Assembly (NCBI GenBank): GCA_964016885.1
Contig: OZ024743.1
Location: 79,236,001 to 79,300,000 of the forward strand
Length of the DNA: 64,000 nt
Direction: 5' to 3'
Origin: Eledone cirrhosa
Taxonomy: Eukaryota
Notes under the pieces: generated by a model
Databases searched by the model: none
What the model was told of the DNA's origin: nothing
What the model saw: the letters and a program-made list of their open reading frames with translations, nothing else
In this document: positions 62,199-64,000 of the stretch, in pieces
Layout of the letters: every line of letters begins with the position of its first letter
How positions within the stretch are numbered: the first letter of the stretch is position 1
Made by a program: the position numbers and the translations under genes

Positions 62199-62777
62199 AT
62201 GGGTGGGCATATATCACTCCTTGATGGTCCCTCTGTCCAACTTGCTATGTTAGGACTGGACTCTGCGGGCAAGACCACTGTCTTGTATCGGCTTAAGTTT
62301 GACCAGTACACGAACCCAGTACCAACAATAGGGTTTAATTACGAAAAGATTCGTGTTAAAACTGGTAAAGCAAAAGGTGCTACATTCTGCATCTGGGATG
62401 TAGGGGGTCGCGACAAAACCCGACCCTTATGGAAGTCTTACACCCGATCTGCTGATGGTATTGTGTTTGTTGTGGACAGCGTAAACCGAGAAAAACTAGA
62501 AGAGGCCCGGGTGGAACTGTTGAGACTTCTGCGGAGTCTGGAAGGGAACAGTCTACCTGTGTTGATTATAGCTAACAAACAGGACTTGCCGGCATCAATG
62601 AGTCCGGAAGAAATAGAAAAATTATTAACTTTAAACGAAGCTTCCCCGGGTTTATTATGGCACGTTCAGCCAGCGTGTGCTGTGACCGGTGAGGGTCTTA
62701 TTGAAGCAATGGATGCCATGTTCGAAATGATAGAGAAAAAGAAAAAAATGAACAAACAAATTAAAAAGAAAAGATGA
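62199..62777 (+). CDS. ARL4: ADP-ribosylation factor-like GTPase, ARL4 subfamily, intronless
   Basis: N-terminal MG myristoylation site, GLDSAGKTTVLYRL, PTIGFN, WDVGG(R), RPLWKSYTR, ANKQD, CAVTGEGL and the basic C-terminal tail characteristic of ARL4. Confidence 0.93.
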   Translation: MGGHISLLDGPSVQLAMLGLDSAGKTTVLYRLKFDQYTNPVPTIGFNYEKIRVKTGKAKGATFCIWDVGGRDKTRPLWKSYTRSADGIVFVVDSVNREKLEEARVELLRLLRSLEGNSLPVLIIANKQDLPASMSPEEIEKLLTLNEASPGLLWHVQPACAVTGEGLIEAMDAMFEMIEKKKKMNKQIKKKR

Positions 62778-63346
62778 CTAGCAAAGTAATGATAATATAT
62801 TTCTTTACACACCGAACTATCAACCTATCATCTACAACAGGTTGCCATCTATAATGCTTGTGAAAACCTCTCACCATAGATTTTGTCTCAGTATATGTTC
62901 TATTGAACATGATGACTACCGAGATGCGGTCTTAAGCCGGTTGTCTCTGCTACATCTGGCCGAAATGTTATACTATACTCGAGGTTACTAAAGTATTCCC
63001 TAACCGTTCCAACTACGGTTTGCTTATTATTATTATTATTATTATTATGTTCAATTCAGACTTCCTCCGTTCCATTCATTTCTCTATCAAACCCTTTCCT
63101 TATTGTTTTTTGTCCCTTTTCTCCCTCACACACACAACAGACCTCCTCGTCCTATATATTACCTAGTCACAACAAATTATTCCCCTACCTCTCTTGTATT
63201 GATTATGTTGTTTTGTTCGATTTTCTTTTTGTTATTTAACAGAAATTACCCCCAGTTTACTAATGAGCTGAAATCTACACCATATTTGATATATATATAG
63301 CGATGCTATAATTAATATTTCTTTGTAGACAGCATCATAGGTGTAT

Positions 63347-63385
63347 CTTCTGATGAGGAGACAATAATCTCCGAAATACATAAAG
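63347..63385 (+). ncRNA. Minimal type I hammerhead motif downstream of the ARL4-like gene
   Basis: ctt-CTGATGA-ggaga caataa tctcc-GAAA-taca-TA-aag. Confidence 0.65.
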
Positions 63386-64000
63386 TTTAATGTCATGTTT
63401 TTAACGTTTTTTCTTCTTCTGTATACAGAGGAAATAGTCACGCAGTTGCCAACCATTTCACCACCTAGGACCCAATTAATTTAAATGAATTTTCCCACGA
63501 ACTTTTCACTGCAATTGGACCCTCCCAGAGCCCTAGCGTTTTGGAATTCTAACAGAACCCTAGGGTTCGGGAATCCAAGCTGGAAATTACTGAAATTGTT
63601 GTAAACATGTTTCAATTTCATTCTTTCCACAGCTAAGGCTTCTAAATACCCCTCCCCCCAAATCTATAGTTATAACTATATTAAATTTGCCTTAAACCTT
63701 CTAATACTTTGCTGTGTTGTAGTATATACCCGTATTTAGTATAACTTTATAGTCTTGTAACAGTGGTGGTTATATTTTTAAAGAAGTACTTAAAATTTGT
63801 ATTCCTTGCTCACAAACTCAAGGCTGGGAATAGATGGAACAGAAAAAAGTGTTTACATTTTATACTTTCCATTAAAGTTACTCTAATTAATATCTAATAT
63901 ATGCTATGTTCTAGCATAAATATTTGATAACAATGTTTGCCTAGATCGAAGTAAATTAGTCGACGGTTTGTTGCAGTTTTATGAGTGGTTAGTCTAATAA

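Noticed and set aside
62905-62975. Second hammerhead downstream of ARL4 (ATGATGA...GAAATGTTA)
   Set aside because: The core C is missing and stem I cannot be formed.
63443-63591. hAT-type MITE
   Set aside because: The ends resemble hAT termini, but no clear inverted-repeat pair or 8-bp target duplication was found.

Overview
A repeat-dense, AT-rich animal genomic window. The SINE types and microsatellite load suggest an octopus or other coleoid cephalopod, which is inference. The only host gene is an intronless ARL4-like Arf GTPase (62199-62777, +) whose switch-II catalytic Gln is replaced by Arg. The first 23 kb is a nested non-LTR retrotransposon cluster. Two ~99.5% identical Tx1/L1-clade elements lie head-to-tail inside the (ATT)n tract of the 3' UTR of a 5'-truncated RTE LINE. 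A full-length, intact RTE copy (APE-RT-3xC2H2) follows. Three divergent internally deleted RTE derivatives keep only a conserved 5' domain and a 3' hairpin, and two of them also keep a remnant of the last zinc finger. The rest of the window holds many tRNA-derived SINEs, fragments of Penelope-like, CRE, CR1 and other RTE elements, and several minisatellites, two of which arose from LINE coding sequence. It also holds many fold-back inverted repeats and about ten type I hammerhead ribozyme motifs (intact to degenerate), one lying ~570 nt downstream of the ARL4-like stop codon. All calls come from manual reading, and repeat boundaries are approximate.
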